From positions 29,438 to 93,437 of the forward strand of contig JAZDMB010000032.1 in the NCBI GenBank assembly GCA_043801445.1: a stretch of DNA of 64,000 nt, in the 5' to 3' direction. The number at the start of each line of letters is the position of its first letter. Positions within the stretch are counted from its first letter, which is position 1. The notes below the pieces were generated by a model. The model saw nothing but the letters and a program-made list of their open reading frames with translations. It made no database searches and was not told the origin of the DNA. Below are positions 26,857 to 37,515 of the stretch, one piece after another. The translations under genes were made by a program, and so were the position numbers. The stretch comes from Planctomycetota bacterium. GTDB lineage: Bacteria > Planctomycetota > MHYJ01 > JACQXL01.

Positions 26857-28194
26857 ATGACAGGAAAAAATCAGGTGTTGATGGTTTTGCTATCTCTATT
26901 TATTATTTTTGGTTTTATTTCATTGTCCCTGGTTGAAGCCAAATCCAAAGAAGAAGTCTATCAGGAAAAACTTGCTCAGGTAAAAGAGGGAGATCTTAGG
27001 GGGTATTTTGATTTGGGTCTATGGTGCCAGCAGAATAAATTAGATGCTCAAGCCAAAGAGATGTTTGAGAAGATTATTGCATTGAATCCTGACCATTTCG
27101 GAGCCAGAGATAAATTAGGTTATGTTAAATACAAAAACCAATGGATTAAAAAAGATGAAATAGCCAAAGTAGATTATGAAGAAAAACTCACCAAATTAAA
27201 GGATGATGATACTAAAGGATTTTATGAATTAGGTCTATGGTGCCAGCAGAATAAATTAGAGACTCAAGCCAAAGAGATGTTTGAGAGGGTTATTGCGCTG
27301 GACCCTGAGCATACCGGAGCCAGAGAGAAATTAGGTTACATTAAATATAAAAACAAATGGATTAAAAAAGGCGAGGAAACTAAAGCTGATTATGAGGAAA
27401 AACTCGCCAAATTAAAAGATGATGATGTTGAAGGACATTATGGATTGGGTTGTTGGTGTAAGGAAAAGAAACTGTTCTATGAAGCCCGTGACGAATTTGA
27501 AAAGGCGGTTAAATTAGATGCTAATCACCAAAAGGCGCAAAAAGAACTGGAACTTATCACTCAACAGTTATCACCTACAGGTTTTCTCAAGAGGCCAATG
27601 GATAACTATAAGACTCATTACTGTGCGAATGTTCCCAAGCAATACGATTCAAAAAAGAAATGGCCGCTTATCATAGGTTTGCATGGCACAGGCGGGACAG
27701 GCGACATGTTCCTCAGACGGCGCTGGGAACAAATAAGTAATGAAAAAGGTTACTTGGTTATCGCACCTAGATCACCAGGTAACAATTGGGATATAAAAGA
27801 TGAGGATTTCGTAATGGCATGTCTGGATGATTTCAAAAAGGATTACCAGATTGATACATCCAGAATCTATTTAACAGGTTTCTCGGGCGGTGCATCTATG
27901 GCTTTACTTTTCGGCATGAATAATTTTCAGAAATTTGCCGCCCTGGCGATGGTAGGCGGAGGCGAACAAACAGGCCCTATTAGCCCAAATACCGTGGTAT
28001 TACCATTATACTTTTTAGTAGGCGAGAAAGACCAGAGCACCAAAGGTGTAGTAAAGCCGGTTACTGAACAATTGGAACAACAGGGATTTAGCGTTAAATA
28101 CGAAGAAATGCCTAATATAGGACTTGACTGGCCTGATGATACATCAAGCAAAATAATCAATTGGTTTGAATCATTACTATCTGCGGAAAAGTAA
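26857..28194 (+). CDS. Secreted alpha/beta-hydrolase (esterase / PHB-depolymerase-like; GFSGG nucleophile elbow) with 2.7 N-terminal 72-aa repeats
   Basis: Signal/TM at the N-terminus. Repeats YFDLGLWCQQNKLDAQAKEMFEKIIALNPDHFGARDKLGYVKYKNQWIKK. C-terminal LIIGLHGTGGTGDMF...IYLTGFSGGASMAL. Confidence 0.75.
   Translation: MTGKNQVLMVLLSLFIIFGFISLSLVEAKSKEEVYQEKLAQVKEGDLRGYFDLGLWCQQNKLDAQAKEMFEKIIALNPDHFGARDKLGYVKYKNQWIKKDEIAKVDYEEKLTKLKDDDTKGFYELGLWCQQNKLETQAKEMFERVIALDPEHTGAREKLGYIKYKNKWIKKGEETKADYEEKLAKLKDDDVEGHYGLGCWCKEKKLFYEARDEFEKAVKLDANHQKAQKELELITQQLSPTGFLKRPMDNYKTHYCANVPKQYDSKKKWPLIIGLHGTGGTGDMFLRRRWEQISNEKGYLVIAPRSPGNNWDIKDEDFVMACLDDFKKDYQIDTSRIYLTGFSGGASMALLFGMNNFQKFAALAMVGGGEQTGPISPNTVVLPLYFLVGEKDQSTKGVVKPVTEQLEQQGFSVKYEEMPNIGLDWPDDTSSKIINWFESLLSAEK
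26965..27540 (+). repeat. Intragenic 216-bp tandem repeats (2.7 copies) in the esterase gene
   Basis: GLWCQQNKL...KEMFE...GYVKYKNQWIKK repeated. Confidence 0.85.
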
Positions 28195-28247
28195 GTGGAT
28201 TTGATTTAATCTATAAGAACTATGACTTAATAGCCTTGTGAGTGGTT

Positions 28248-30692
28248 TTATCTTCTTCCAAATTGCCAGGCTAAAAACATTTCCAATACTACAGAAGCAA
28301 TCAAACTATAAAGCAGGTATTTCCAGAAATGGCTTATGGGAATATCCTGTAAATTAGCGGTGTCATCGGCTGCCGGAAACATTGTTTTATTCCCGTCAAT
28401 AGAATCAAATTGAATGGTAGGTATAAATTGTTTTAGTTCTTCCAAACTGATACACCGTAAATCACCTTCACGCGAATCCGGATTAACTGCAAAATAATGA
28501 ATGTTATCTGAATCAAATTCTTTATTATCACCGGAAAGCGTGTATAATCCGGCATCTTCGGTATTATCATAAAACAGACGAAACTGTCGCGACTCATCAT
28601 TATCTTGTATTTTTTCGTCAGGGTTGATGTCGTCATCTTTTTTGCCTACTGATAAAGAATTTGAATAAGAATTTGAATCATCTTTTTTCATTGACGTAGG
28701 TAACAATGAAATAGTGCCTTTTTTAGGCAGTTTCAGCGAATAATTATTAATCTGACTTTGCTTATTCAGCAGTAATTCTATCGGTTCTTTGACAAAAATA
28801 TTTCGCGCGTTCATTTTATCGGTGAAAGTAGACAGATATAACGCTATCTGGTCAATCAACATTACATACATCGGTTTAACAGGCATCAAATTCCATTCCG
28901 TATCAGCTGAAGTAGCGATTACAATAGTTTTTCCTCGACCATAAGATTTCTCAGCAATAAGCGGCGGTTTGTCGACAAGGGCTAAACGCGCTAAAACAGT
29001 TGTCCCAATATCTATCGGAACTGGTTGAACACCTGTTTGCCCGGAAAGGTCTGGCGGATTCTTATCAGCGTTAGGAGATGGCAGTAATTCATAATATTGA
29101 TAAATGGACAGGGCGTTAAATCGTTCCTTTAAAGATGAAAAAAAGGAAAATGCCGGATGGGCAAACTCTATCTCGCCAAATCTAATGGTTTCGTTATGAG
29201 TTTTATCACCTTTTATTTCTCCGAGCGAATAGGGCAAAAGACCGGTCCCTTCTTTATAGAGCATCCTATTATAATTTGTTCTATCAACCTGGTCTCCTAA
29301 AAATATCAATAAGCCTCCGCCGTTTTTCACGAAATTTTCCATATTTTTCAGCCGGTCCGGAGAAATCATTTCCACGTTCGCCATAATAATTAAGGTGTAT
29401 TTATCTGAATTTATCTCTTCTGAATTCAGCCATTGGGATACGGTCAAAACATCAATCAAATAAGGAGAAATGGAAAAATGAACATCTTCGTTTGACTGTA
29501 CGCCATTAGAATTAAATTTAGCTTCGGCAAGTGGGGTAAGAGCGTAACGGAGGAATATGATTTCGTCATCAGACGGCTCCGCTGACGGCTTACCGTTTAT
29601 TATCAAAGTATTAATCCCTTCTCTTACTGAAACTGCGTATAGCCGATCGTCATCAAGTATCAGATTATCAGATTCTAATTCTATTTTTATCCGGTATTGA
29701 CCGGGATCGTTAAATGTATAAATAAACGGCACCAGCACGGATTTATTTTGGGAAATGGTTACATTTGAGGATGTATATATTTGTCCCTGGACCAAAAAAC
29801 TTACTTTAAGGTCTTTTGTAACCGATGCTGTATCTGTAGGTGAATTTTGTGACCCGTCCCTGACGGGGCGAGCCTCATTGAAGCTCGTATTATAACTATA
29901 ATTATGAATCTCAGCATAAAAAGTAACGGGTTTTTTAGCGGTGATTACCGCCGTATCGGTATAAATCCTGCTGATTACATTATTATTATTCGAATCGCCT
30001 ATTTGTATTACCTTTATTTTGCATGTTTTAATTAATTCTTGCAAGGCTTCTTTTGTCTCATTATCCCTAATACCATTCCACGCTATTCGCTGGTTATCCG
30101 TAATTAAATAAAGTATTTTCCGTGATGAAACAGATTTACTTAATATATCCTTAACTAACAGAAATGTCTTTGAAATATCAGTGGCATAGTCAGAAACAGT
30201 GAGATTGGCTAACTTCTTTTTAGCCTGTTCCATCTGGAACGAAGACTCGCTGATAAGTATTTCGGGCCTATCGGAAATTGTCATCAAAGAAAGTTTATCG
30301 CCTTTTTCAGGTCGTAATGATTCTATCAAACCAAGAGAAACCCTTTTCGCTTCATCCAATAGATTAGAAAATCCCGTTCGGTAACCCATGCTGTAAGAAT
30401 TATCTATAGCAATAATAAAATGAGTGTCCGATTGCGCGAGATTAGCAGAACTTTTAAGATAAGGTTTAGCTAATACAAAGGCAAAAATGACTATTATCAA
30501 CATCCTTAATATTAAGAGTATCAGGTTTTCTATTTGGAGACGACGCCTGTTTTTATGAAGTGCTTTAAGAAGAAAATCCATTGCTGCCCAGCGGATTTTT
30601 TGGTAACGCCGGCGATTTAGGATATGAATAATAAGCGGTATGATCGCTGCCAAACCCAGCCAGGCAAATAAAGGATTAACAAAATTTAACAT
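28248..30692 (-). CDS. BatA-domain (N-terminal double-TM) vWA-like aerotolerance-operon protein
   Basis: MLNFVNPLFAWLGLAAIIPLIIHILNRRR...second TM. Large size. Sits downstream of moxR and DUF58. Confidence 0.8.
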   Translation of the reverse strand: MLNFVNPLFAWLGLAAIIPLIIHILNRRRYQKIRWAAMDFLLKALHKNRRRLQIENLILLILRMLIIVIFAFVLAKPYLKSSANLAQSDTHFIIAIDNSYSMGYRTGFSNLLDEAKRVSLGLIESLRPEKGDKLSLMTISDRPEILISESSFQMEQAKKKLANLTVSDYATDISKTFLLVKDILSKSVSSRKILYLITDNQRIAWNGIRDNETKEALQELIKTCKIKVIQIGDSNNNNVISRIYTDTAVITAKKPVTFYAEIHNYSYNTSFNEARPVRDGSQNSPTDTASVTKDLKVSFLVQGQIYTSSNVTISQNKSVLVPFIYTFNDPGQYRIKIELESDNLILDDDRLYAVSVREGINTLIINGKPSAEPSDDEIIFLRYALTPLAEAKFNSNGVQSNEDVHFSISPYLIDVLTVSQWLNSEEINSDKYTLIIMANVEMISPDRLKNMENFVKNGGGLLIFLGDQVDRTNYNRMLYKEGTGLLPYSLGEIKGDKTHNETIRFGEIEFAHPAFSFFSSLKERFNALSIYQYYELLPSPNADKNPPDLSGQTGVQPVPIDIGTTVLARLALVDKPPLIAEKSYGRGKTIVIATSADTEWNLMPVKPMYVMLIDQIALYLSTFTDKMNARNIFVKEPIELLLNKQSQINNYSLKLPKKGTISLLPTSMKKDDSNSYSNSLSVGKKDDDINPDEKIQDNDESRQFRLFYDNTEDAGLYTLSGDNKEFDSDNIHYFAVNPDSREGDLRCISLEELKQFIPTIQFDSIDGNKTMFPAADDTANLQDIPISHFWKYLLYSLIASVVLEMFLAWQFGRR

Positions 30693-30731
30693 CTATAAAT
30701 GCAAAACTTTTTTGTAACCGTAATAAACAAA

Positions 30732-31625
30732 CTACCTTCTGGCTGCCCGTGTTGCTAAATAAGCACTTAAAGCCACATCTAATTTCTTGTCGGTAGTAAT
30801 AAGCGTATAATCAATGCGGTTGCCCTCGCAACCTTGTCTAATGGTGTCGGTATATTCGCTGACTGCTTTAAGGTAATCTTTTCTCAATGCCATCGGGTCT
30901 GCTGTTATTTCGGGAAATTGCTCTAAGCCTGCAAAACGGGTCAGGCTATTGAACGGAAATTTCATTTCAAATTCATCTAAGATATGAAAAATAATTATAT
31001 CTTGCCCTTTAGACTTGATTTTATTTAATCCTGCCAAAATATTATGCGGTTCATCCAAAAGGTCAGAAATAATAATAACCAACCCTTTCCGCTCCAGACG
31101 TTCTGTAATATGACCGGAAATGGATTTAAAATCTGTTTTGTTGGCAGCGTTAACCTGACTAAGATGATTCAGAATAAGATTCAAATGCCCTTGATGACTA
31201 TGCGGTGCAATAATTTCTCTGATTTCAGAGTCGAATAAAACCAAACCCACGGCATCCTGTTGCTGAATCATCAAATAACTCAGTGCAGCTGCAATATAAC
31301 AAGCATACTCTAATTTACTCACGCCTGTTGAGCCATACGCCATTGATTCGGAAACATCAAAAAGAACGTGGCAGATAAGATTGGTTTCCTGTTTATATTG
31401 TTTGATATAAAGGCGGTCTGAGCGGCCGAAAACCTTCCAATCTAAATATCTCAAATCATCGCCGGCGACATATTCACGATGCGCAACAAATTCAGGGCTG
31501 ACACCCCGATAAGGACTCTGATGCATTCCGGCGATATAACCTTCTACAATCAGGCGCGCTTTAAGGTCAAGCCGGCTTATTTTATTAAGCACCTGCGGGT
31601 CCAAATATTTTAGGTAATCTTTCAT
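30732..31625 (-). CDS. DUF58 (vWA-like) protein of the MoxR operon
   Basis: HREYVAGDDLRYLDWKVFGRSDRLYIKQYKQE is the DUF58 hallmark. Confidence 0.85.
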   Translation of the reverse strand: MKDYLKYLDPQVLNKISRLDLKARLIVEGYIAGMHQSPYRGVSPEFVAHREYVAGDDLRYLDWKVFGRSDRLYIKQYKQETNLICHVLFDVSESMAYGSTGVSKLEYACYIAAALSYLMIQQQDAVGLVLFDSEIREIIAPHSHQGHLNLILNHLSQVNAANKTDFKSISGHITERLERKGLVIIISDLLDEPHNILAGLNKIKSKGQDIIIFHILDEFEMKFPFNSLTRFAGLEQFPEITADPMALRKDYLKAVSEYTDTIRQGCEGNRIDYTLITTDKKLDVALSAYLATRAARR

Positions 31626-32784
31626 CTTCTAATAATTTATTTTCAGCTATCGGCGTAATCTCAATCAATTTATCAATGATTTTGTCCGACGAAATTCCTT
31701 CAGCTTCAGCGGCAAAGTTCCTGATAATCCGATGGCGTAAAACCGGATAAACTACTTTTTTTATATCTTCAGTCGTCACATAATAACGCCCTTGAAGAAG
31801 AGCCCTGGCCCGTGCGGTTGTTATGATGTACTGACTGGCGCGGGGCCCAGCACCCCATGACACCCACTGTTTGATAAAATCCGGTATTTCTTCTGCCGTT
31901 TTGATATCAGCATCAGAATGTACTCTGGTCTGACGAACTAATTTTAATATGTACTTGTTGATATAATCTGCGACGGGCACATGATTGACTATTTCTTGTA
32001 ATCTTAAAATATCTTCCCTGCTTAATATTTTATCTAATTTAACATCAAAAGGTGACCGGTTAAGATTCATTATTTGTAATTCTTCATCTGACTTCGGATA
32101 ATCCACTTTAATGTTAAACATAAAACGGTCTAATTGGGCCTCCGGCAAGGGGTATGTACCTTCTTGCTCAATCGGATTCTGAGTTGCCAGAACGAAAAAT
32201 GGCTGTTCTAACAGATATTTATGTCCGCCGGCCGTTACTTGTAATTCCTGCATTGCCTCTAATAGAGCGGATTGTGTTTTTGGAGGTGTGCGATTTATCT
32301 CATCTGCTAAAATTACATTCGCAAAAATAGGGCCTCGAATAAATTGCAAGCATCTTGTGCCTGAAGTGCGGTCGTCTTGGATTACATCGGTACCGGTAAT
32401 ATCAGATGGCATCAAATCCGGTGTGAACTGAATGCGATTGAATGACAAAGAAAGCGTTTGGGCTAAAGTTCTTACCATCAAAGTTTTGGCTAAACCGGGG
32501 ACTCCCACTAACAAACAATGACCCTTGGAAAATATACATATGAGTATCTCTTCAAGAACTTTTTCCTGCCCCACAATAGCTTTTTTCATCTCATCTTTAA
32601 GTTTCTGGTAAGCATCTTTCACCCTTTTTAATGATTCTAAATCCGATTCTGATAAGGGAGAGGAATTATTTGTGTTTTTTAATTCTTTGTCTGCCATAAG
32701 GACATATCTCCTTTCTATAACAAGTATAAATAAATGGTTCGGTAATCCCGCCTGCCCGGATATCCCCGCCCGAACGACCGTCAT
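31585..32784 (-). CDS. MoxR-family AAA+ ATPase
   Basis: VGQEKVLEEILICIFSKGHCLLVGVPGLAKTLMVRTLAQ... The probable start is the Met near 32698 (MADKELKN). The longer track ORF begins inside a GC-rich palindromic element at 32746-32793. Confidence 0.88.
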   Translation of the reverse strand: MTVVRAGISGQAGLPNHLFILVIERRYVLMADKELKNTNNSSPLSESDLESLKRVKDAYQKLKDEMKKAIVGQEKVLEEILICIFSKGHCLLVGVPGLAKTLMVRTLAQTLSLSFNRIQFTPDLMPSDITGTDVIQDDRTSGTRCLQFIRGPIFANVILADEINRTPPKTQSALLEAMQELQVTAGGHKYLLEQPFFVLATQNPIEQEGTYPLPEAQLDRFMFNIKVDYPKSDEELQIMNLNRSPFDVKLDKILSREDILRLQEIVNHVPVADYINKYILKLVRQTRVHSDADIKTAEEIPDFIKQWVSWGAGPRASQYIITTARARALLQGRYYVTTEDIKKVVYPVLRHRIIRNFAAEAEGISSDKIIDKLIEITPIAENKLLEDERLPKIFGPAGA

Positions 32785-33004
32785 GTCGGGCAGGTTAAGC
32801 TAAATACCGAGCAAAGTCGAGGTACTGATTAATCTTTTCAATCACCTTAACAAGAATAATCGGTTCTCTCGTATCTTAACCTGTTTCCATCAGGTTGCTA
32901 TTATAATACCCTCATAAGTAAAAACAAATAAAACTTTACTTTAATAATAAAGTAAGTAGAATACACTGCCTCACTACCTGTCATCATATTTCAACTGGTA
33001 AGTT

Positions 33005-36000
33005 ATGAAAAGTGATTTCGTGCATCTGCATACCCATAGCCATTATAGCTTGTTAGATGGCGCCTGCACTCTAGAGAATATAATTAACGAAGCTAAACAT
33101 CAGGGAATGAGCGCCTTAGCAATTACCGACCACGGTAACCTTTTTGGAGCAATAGAATTTTATCAAATTGCACTGAAGCATAACATCAATCCTATCGTTG
33201 GCTATGAAGCCTATATAGCCCCACGTTCTCGTAATGATAAAAAAACCACTCAACTAAGTGATGGCAAAAAAGGTTATACGGAATCAGCCTATCATCTAAC
33301 CTTACTAGCCAAGAACGAAATAGGTTATCATAATCTTATCAAATTAGCCACGATTGCCTACCTTGAAGGCTTCTATCGTAAGCCCCGTATTGATAAAGAA
33401 ATCCTTTCAATCCATAAAGAGGGGTTAATCGTATTAAGCGGTTGCTTGCAGTCGGAAATAGACCAACTTCTACTGGAAGAACAATTTGATTCCGCTTTGT
33501 CCGTTGCGACACAATATCGCGATCTTTTTGGCAATGACTTTTATTTGGAATTACAACAACACGGATTAACTGAACAAACAAAGGTTATTAAAAAATTATT
33601 GGAAATCAGTCGAACAACCGGGATACCGGTTGTTGCTACAAATGATGTGCATTATCTGAAAAAAGAAGACAGTAAAGCGCACGATATCCTCCTGTGTATT
33701 TCCACTAATAAACAAGTCAAAGACCCAACACGGTTAAGATTTTCCAGTGAAGAATTTTATTTCAAATCAGCCGAGGAAATGAAACGATTATTCTCGGAGA
33801 TTCCGCAGGCAATAGAAAATACCGTTACTATAGCCGAGAAATGTAATCTTTATCTGAATTTTAATATAGAACACCTTCCCCGTTTTACTTCGCCCGACAA
33901 TAAATCGTCTCTTGAATTCATAAAAGAATTGGCTGCGAAGGGCATTACAGAGCGTTATGGAATCAAGAATGTAGAATCTACAGACCTGCCTGACGGCAAG
34001 GCAGGTTCATCTTCATCATTAGTGATACAAAGACTTAAAGAAGAACTTGATATCATAGAAAAAAAGAAACTGATTGATTATTTCTTGGTGGTGTGGGATT
34101 TTGTCAGATTTGCCCGTGAAAATAATATTTCCGTAGGACCGGGACGAGGCTCTTCGGCAGGCAGTCTATTAGCCTATGCTTTGGGAATAACTGATATTGA
34201 CCCATTAAAATACGACCTCCTTTTTGAACGTTTTTTAAATCCCGGCCGACACGAACCTCCCGATATTGATATTGATTTTAGCCAGGCCGGCCGAGATAAG
34301 GTTATTAATTATGTCCATGAAAAATACGGTCGGGAAAATGTCTCCCAGATAATTACTTTCGGCACAATGAAAGCCCGGGCGGTTATCCGCGATGTCGGTC
34401 GCGTTATGGGAATACCTTTAACCGAAGTAGACCGTATTGCCAAAAAACTTAGCGGTATCACCTCGTTGAAAGAATCCATTAAGGGTGATCCGGAACTGAA
34501 AGATATTATTGAGAAACGAAATGATATTAAGGAACTCTTTAGTATTTCTGCCAGATTAGAAGGATTATGCCGTCATGCATCAACTCATGCCGCCGGTATT
34601 GTCATCGCCGATAAACCTCTGAATAATTATGTTCCTCTTTACGCAAGTGGCGGCATAAATACAACGCAATATCCGATGGAGGCTCTTCAAAGTATCGGAT
34701 TATTAAAAGTCGATTTACTCGGTATTGTCACTCTCGATATAATTGACAAATGCATTGAGTTAATAGCCGAAAATCGTCACGAAAAAGTGGATATAAATTC
34801 TATCCCTTTAGACAACAAAAAGACTTATGAATTACTTTCTCGTGGTGAGACAAAAGGTGTCTTTCAATTAGAATCTGCCGGCATGCGCGATATTCTGCAA
34901 AAACTTAAGCCTTCAAGGTTTGAGGATATTATCGCAGTGTTGGCGCTTTATCGGCCCGGACCCCTGCAAAGCGGATTAGTTGATAATTATATCAGATGTA
35001 CCTATCACCCCAACGAAATAAGTTATTTGCATCCAGCTCTTGAATCGTTACTTAAAGAAACCAATGGGATTATTCTGTATCAAGAGCAGGTCATGCGTAT
35101 TGCTAATAAACTCGGCGGCTTCCCCCTATCAGAAAGCGATGATTTGCGCAAGGCAATGGGTAAAAAGATACCTGAGATTATGCAAAAATACGGCGACAAA
35201 TTTATTGCCGGTGCCGTAAAAAACGGAATCCCCAAATTTATCGCAGAAAAGATATTTGAAATGATGGAATATTTCGGCGGCTATGGCTTTAACAAGTCAC
35301 ATTCTACGGCTTATTCAATGACTTCTTACAGAACAGCTTATCTTAAAGTAAATTACCCGGTAGAATTTTTGGCGGCACTATTAAGCTATAATACCGCCGA
35401 TACCGATAAATTATTAGAATATATCGAGGAATGCAGGAGACTCAATATTAAGGTTTTGCCGCCTGATATCAATAAAAGCTTCTCCGATTTTACGGTGGCA
35501 GGCAACAATATTGTATTCGGCTTAAGTGCCGTGAAAAATGTCGGCTCTAAAGCAGTCGGTTATATTATTGAAGCACGCTCAAAAGGAGGTCCGTTTACAA
35601 ATATCTATGATTTCTGCGAAAGGGTTGACCTCGGCCATGTTGATAAATTAGTAATAGAAAACCTTATTAAATGCGGAGCATTTGATTTTATATTAAAACA
35701 AAAACGGGAAGGAAAAGCTAATCGTAATCAACTCCTGAAAGGATCAGAGCAAATTATTTACATCAGCAATAAGCATCAGCTTGACAAAAGACATGGGCAA
35801 TTAAATATTATTCAATCTTCCGATAAACAATCCGATTATAGATATCCGCCGCTGCCGGATGTGCCGGAATTACCCGAAGAAGAAATTTTGCAATATGAAA
35901 AAGAAAGCCTGGGTTTCTATGTCAGCGGTCATCCCCTTCTAAAATATGAAAAGATACTCAAGGAGTTATCATCATTGTCTATAAATCAATTGCTTAAACT

Positions 36001-36526
36001 GACACCCCCTGTAGAAAATATTAAAATCTGCGGCATTATCTCGCAAGTCCAAAACGTAACGAGCAAGGGTGACAAACAAGGACGTAAAATTGTCTATTTT
36101 AAATTAAGAGACTTAACCGGTGTAATTGATACGGTTCTTTATGCTGATGAATTAAAAAAATATCATCATCTTATTAATGACAATAAAATTATCTGCATTA
36201 AAGGCAGATTGGATTCTCGTAAGGGAGAACCAATTATTAAAGTTAAAGAAGTTGCTTCCATTGAAAATGCCTACGAAATAATGCCTAACTTTGTAGCTAT
36301 TGATATTTCCTTGACCGGATTAGATGATAATATTATCAATGGGTTAAAAGATATTTTTCTGGCTCATCCGGGTAACTGCCAGGTATTCTTAAAACTAAAA
36401 ACCACTGAGAACGAAATTGCGGTAACAAAATTATCTAATAATTACTCGGTTTCCGTCTCTCCCACCTTCAGGGAGGATGTCACCGAATTAATAGGAAATG
36501 ACGCCATTAAGTTTATCCTTGAATAA
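33005..36526 (+). CDS. dnaE: DNA polymerase III alpha subunit
   Basis: PHP domain HLHTHSHYSLLDGA, polymerase core and OB fold; 1173 aa. Confidence 0.95.
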   Translation: MKSDFVHLHTHSHYSLLDGACTLENIINEAKHQGMSALAITDHGNLFGAIEFYQIALKHNINPIVGYEAYIAPRSRNDKKTTQLSDGKKGYTESAYHLTLLAKNEIGYHNLIKLATIAYLEGFYRKPRIDKEILSIHKEGLIVLSGCLQSEIDQLLLEEQFDSALSVATQYRDLFGNDFYLELQQHGLTEQTKVIKKLLEISRTTGIPVVATNDVHYLKKEDSKAHDILLCISTNKQVKDPTRLRFSSEEFYFKSAEEMKRLFSEIPQAIENTVTIAEKCNLYLNFNIEHLPRFTSPDNKSSLEFIKELAAKGITERYGIKNVESTDLPDGKAGSSSSLVIQRLKEELDIIEKKKLIDYFLVVWDFVRFARENNISVGPGRGSSAGSLLAYALGITDIDPLKYDLLFERFLNPGRHEPPDIDIDFSQAGRDKVINYVHEKYGRENVSQIITFGTMKARAVIRDVGRVMGIPLTEVDRIAKKLSGITSLKESIKGDPELKDIIEKRNDIKELFSISARLEGLCRHASTHAAGIVIADKPLNNYVPLYASGGINTTQYPMEALQSIGLLKVDLLGIVTLDIIDKCIELIAENRHEKVDINSIPLDNKKTYELLSRGETKGVFQLESAGMRDILQKLKPSRFEDIIAVLALYRPGPLQSGLVDNYIRCTYHPNEISYLHPALESLLKETNGIILYQEQVMRIANKLGGFPLSESDDLRKAMGKKIPEIMQKYGDKFIAGAVKNGIPKFIAEKIFEMMEYFGGYGFNKSHSTAYSMTSYRTAYLKVNYPVEFLAALLSYNTADTDKLLEYIEECRRLNIKVLPPDINKSFSDFTVAGNNIVFGLSAVKNVGSKAVGYIIEARSKGGPFTNIYDFCERVDLGHVDKLVIENLIKCGAFDFILKQKREGKANRNQLLKGSEQIIYISNKHQLDKRHGQLNIIQSSDKQSDYRYPPLPDVPELPEEEILQYEKESLGFYVSGHPLLKYEKILKELSSLSINQLLKLTPPVENIKICGIISQVQNVTSKGDKQGRKIVYFKLRDLTGVIDTVLYADELKKYHHLINDNKIICIKGRLDSRKGEPIIKVKEVASIENAYEIMPNFVAIDISLTGLDDNIINGLKDIFLAHPGNCQVFLKLKTTENEIAVTKLSNNYSVSVSPTFREDVTELIGNDAIKFILE

Positions 36527-36574
36527 TGCTGCGGATAAAACCCCCAAGCTTATTCTCAACTGTGATTATATGAA

Positions 36575-36592
36575 CCCCGTTAGAAACGGGGT
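36575..36592 (+). terminator. Hairpin CCCCGTTAGAAACGGGG downstream of dnaE (possible terminator; the CCCCGTTAGAAA motif also recurs at 26672 and 44428)
   Basis: 7-bp GC stem with a 3-nt loop. T-rich tract only a few nt further on. Confidence 0.3.
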
Positions 36593-36660
36593 CGCCTTTA
36601 GGTGATCGTATTTTTGTAACTGCCACTTAAAATATGCCTGAAAGGAATTAGAATTCAAAT

Positions 36661-37395
36661 ATGTCAAATAAAGCAAACAACATTTCTAACGAGGTAAACG
36701 TAAAAACATTCATTCTCGGTCCCATTCAAACCTCATGTTATTTAATCTATCCCGAACAAAACAGCGCCAATAATTCTGATGCTATAATAATTGATGTGGG
36801 TGGCGACCCGGCTGAAATGATTGACTATATTAAAAACCATAATCTCAATCCCTTATATTTAGTAAATACACACGGACATGTTGACCATATTCTTGGTAAT
36901 CCCCAGATAAAAAAGGCTTTCCCCAAAATAAAGATATGCATCCATCCTGCAGATGCGCCTATGTTACGGGAGTCTAAATATAATCTTTCTACCGAATTAG
37001 GATTTGAGTTTTCGTCACCCCAACCTGATAAGCTTCTTAATGAAAATGATATCATTGCAATGACAAGCGAAATAAGTAAAAACGAGAAGTCGGCATACCG
37101 GTTTAAAGTAATCCATCTGCCCGGCCATACCAAAGGCGGTATTGGCTTATTTTATCAGCCGGCTGATAACTCATCCGTGAAAGCCAAGAATAGCCAGCCG
37201 CTCCTTTTCAGCGGAGATGCTATTTTCGCCGGAAGTATCGGCAGAACCGATTTTCCAGGCGGGTCGCATTCGGAACTAATCAATAATATCAAGGAGAAGG
37301 TCTTTGTCCTGCCGGATAATACAATTGTTTATCCGGGACACGGACCGGCTACAACGGTCGGCGACGAAAAACATCTCAATCCATTCTTTAATTGA
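36661..37395 (+). CDS. MBL-fold metallo-hydrolase (hydroxyacylglutathione-hydrolase-like)
   Basis: HGHVDH and HLPGHTKGG metal-binding motifs. Confidence 0.8.
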   Translation: MSNKANNISNEVNVKTFILGPIQTSCYLIYPEQNSANNSDAIIIDVGGDPAEMIDYIKNHNLNPLYLVNTHGHVDHILGNPQIKKAFPKIKICIHPADAPMLRESKYNLSTELGFEFSSPQPDKLLNENDIIAMTSEISKNEKSAYRFKVIHLPGHTKGGIGLFYQPADNSSVKAKNSQPLLFSGDAIFAGSIGRTDFPGGSHSELINNIKEKVFVLPDNTIVYPGHGPATTVGDEKHLNPFFN

Positions 37396-37515
37396 TTTAT
37401 AGATTTCAAATAATCAAGAAAAAAGAGGAACACGAATGGAACGAATATCCTTTGGGAATAGGAATCTTAACTGGTGATTTCTTATTCGTGTGATTCGCCT
37501 TAATTCGTCCTATTC